From contig OZ255838.1 in assembly GCA_965277565.1 (NCBI GenBank), positions 63,423 through 127,422 of the forward strand: a stretch of 64,000 bases of DNA, written 5' to 3'. This document shows positions 63,176-64,000 of the stretch, in pieces (positions within the stretch are counted from its first letter, which is position 1; each line of letters opens with the position of its first letter). The notes below the pieces were generated by a model. It ran no database searches. It saw only the letters and a program-made list of their open reading frames with translations, and was not told where the DNA came from. The position numbers and the translations under genes are program-made. The DNA is from Granulicella sp. (GTDB taxonomy: Bacteria > Acidobacteriota > Terriglobia > Terriglobales > Acidobacteriaceae).

Positions 63176-64000
63176 TAGAGGCGGTTCCTTCACAAATTGT
63201 TGCTGAGCGGCTGTACTACGATTCCCCGGCGTTGGAGTTTACGGCGCGCGTTACGGACATCCGGCTGGTGGCGACGGAGCGCAACGAGGCGGGCGAGAAG
63301 GCGCAGCTCTGGCAGGTTTCACTGGATCGAACTGCTTTTTATCCAGAAAGCGGAGGGCAGCCGTGGGATACCGGCGTGCTGATCGCTACGGCCCGCAGCG
63401 GCGCCACGCTGGAGGTGCCGGTAGAGCGTGTCGAGGAGGACGAAGCCGGCGAGGTTTGGCACTTCGTGCGCAAGCCGCTGGTGCAGGACACGGAGGTCAG
63501 CGGCCGGGTGGATGCGGACCGTCGCCAGGATCACATGCAGCAGCACACCGGGCAGCATCTGCTTTCGGCGATGTTTCTGGGCCAGCTCCGGGCGCGTACG
63601 GTGTCGTTTCACCTTGGTGCGGAGAGCGCCACGATCGATCTTGCGTTGGCCGAGGGCATGCAGTCTTTTGCCCCGGAGCAGATCGAGCGCGTGGAAGCCG
63701 AGGTCAACCGGCTGATTTTCGAGAACCGCCCGCTGACTCCACGTCGGCACACGCGTGAGGAGGCGGAGGCGATGCTCGCGCAGGGGCTCTTGCGCAAGCT
63801 GCCGGAGCGCTCCGGGCCGATGCGCGTGGTGGAGATGAGTGGGGTGGAGTTCAACGCCTGCGGGGGCACGCATGTGGGTTCTACGGGCGCCATCGGCGGG
63901 CTGCTGCTGCGGCGGCTGGAGAAGGTGAAGAGCGGCTGGCGGGTGGAGTTTGTGTGCGGGCTGCGGGCGGTTCGTGCGGCTCGGCAGGATTATAGGCTGC
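63172..64000 (+). CDS. alaX: alanyl-tRNA editing protein (AlaX-L type, AlaRS-related; 3' end beyond the window)
   Basis: Not in the ORF track (no stop in the window). My translation from the GTG at 63172 (GTGA overlap with the fbp stop) reads VIEAVPSQIVAERLYYDSPALEFTARV...FYPESGGQPWDTG...HMQQHTGQHLLSA...CGGTHVGSTGAIG. These are the HxxxH and CxxxH zinc/editing motifs. Confidence 0.75.
   Translation, partial: MIEAVPSQIVAERLYYDSPALEFTARVTDIRLVATERNEAGEKAQLWQVSLDRTAFYPESGGQPWDTGVLIATARSGATLEVPVERVEEDEAGEVWHFVRKPLVQDTEVSGRVDADRRQDHMQQHTGQHLLSAMFLGQLRARTVSFHLGAESATIDLALAEGMQSFAPEQIERVEAEVNRLIFENRPLTPRRHTREEAEAMLAQGLLRKLPERSGPMRVVEMSGVEFNACGGTHVGSTGAIGGLLLRRLEKVKSGWRVEFVCGLRAVRAARQDYRL

Overview
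High-GC, densely coding bacterial chromosomal segment, mostly housekeeping. Recognisable blocks are glycolysis/gluconeogenesis (gap, pgk, tpiA, eno, gpmI, fbp), peptidoglycan synthesis and recycling (murA, murQ, dapF-ldcA-mpl), dnaX-ybaB-recR, cytochrome c maturation (ccmF-ccmH), a TolC/HlyD pair, a glycine-betaine-type ABC transporter, xylulokinase, MTAP, ribA, lepB, pepN and bshA. Gene content (PEP-CTERM protein, PNGase A/H+-type amidase, TolB-like/TPR proteins, PagL-like deacylase) and the intergenic repeats suggest an Acidobacteriota (Acidobacteriaceae-like) genome; this is inference only. I saw no rRNA, tRNA, CRISPR array, transposase, integrase or prophage. Accessory content is small and scattered: a BrnT/BrnA toxin-antitoxin pair, a Uma2 endonuclease, an mrr restriction gene broken by two frameshifts, a nucleotidyltransferase plus small overlapping partner ORF inside the gap...pgk-tpiA cluster, and a bacterial SET-domain methyltransferase. 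The most unusual signals are in the non-coding sequence. They are (i) a dispersed hairpin repeat family (GCAGATYCCC-TTCG-GGGRATGACA and longer relatives) in at least 11 spacers, with compensatory stem changes, (ii) a 230-bp MITE-like element with 20-bp terminal inverted repeats and flanking TA, carrying four GGGCTTCAGCCC-type hairpins, and (iii) a G/T-rich GAGGTTTGAGG-type spacer motif. Gene-level hypotheses worth testing are a YdjC-type deacetylase directly upstream of bshA (possible BshB substitute) and SET methyltransferase near a protein with a histone-H1-like tail. A third is an acidobacterial PNGase A/H+ homologue. No complete, obviously novel multi-gene system could be demonstrated from sequence alone. 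Many long ORFs in the track are antisense or alternate-frame shadows typical of high-GC DNA and were rejected.
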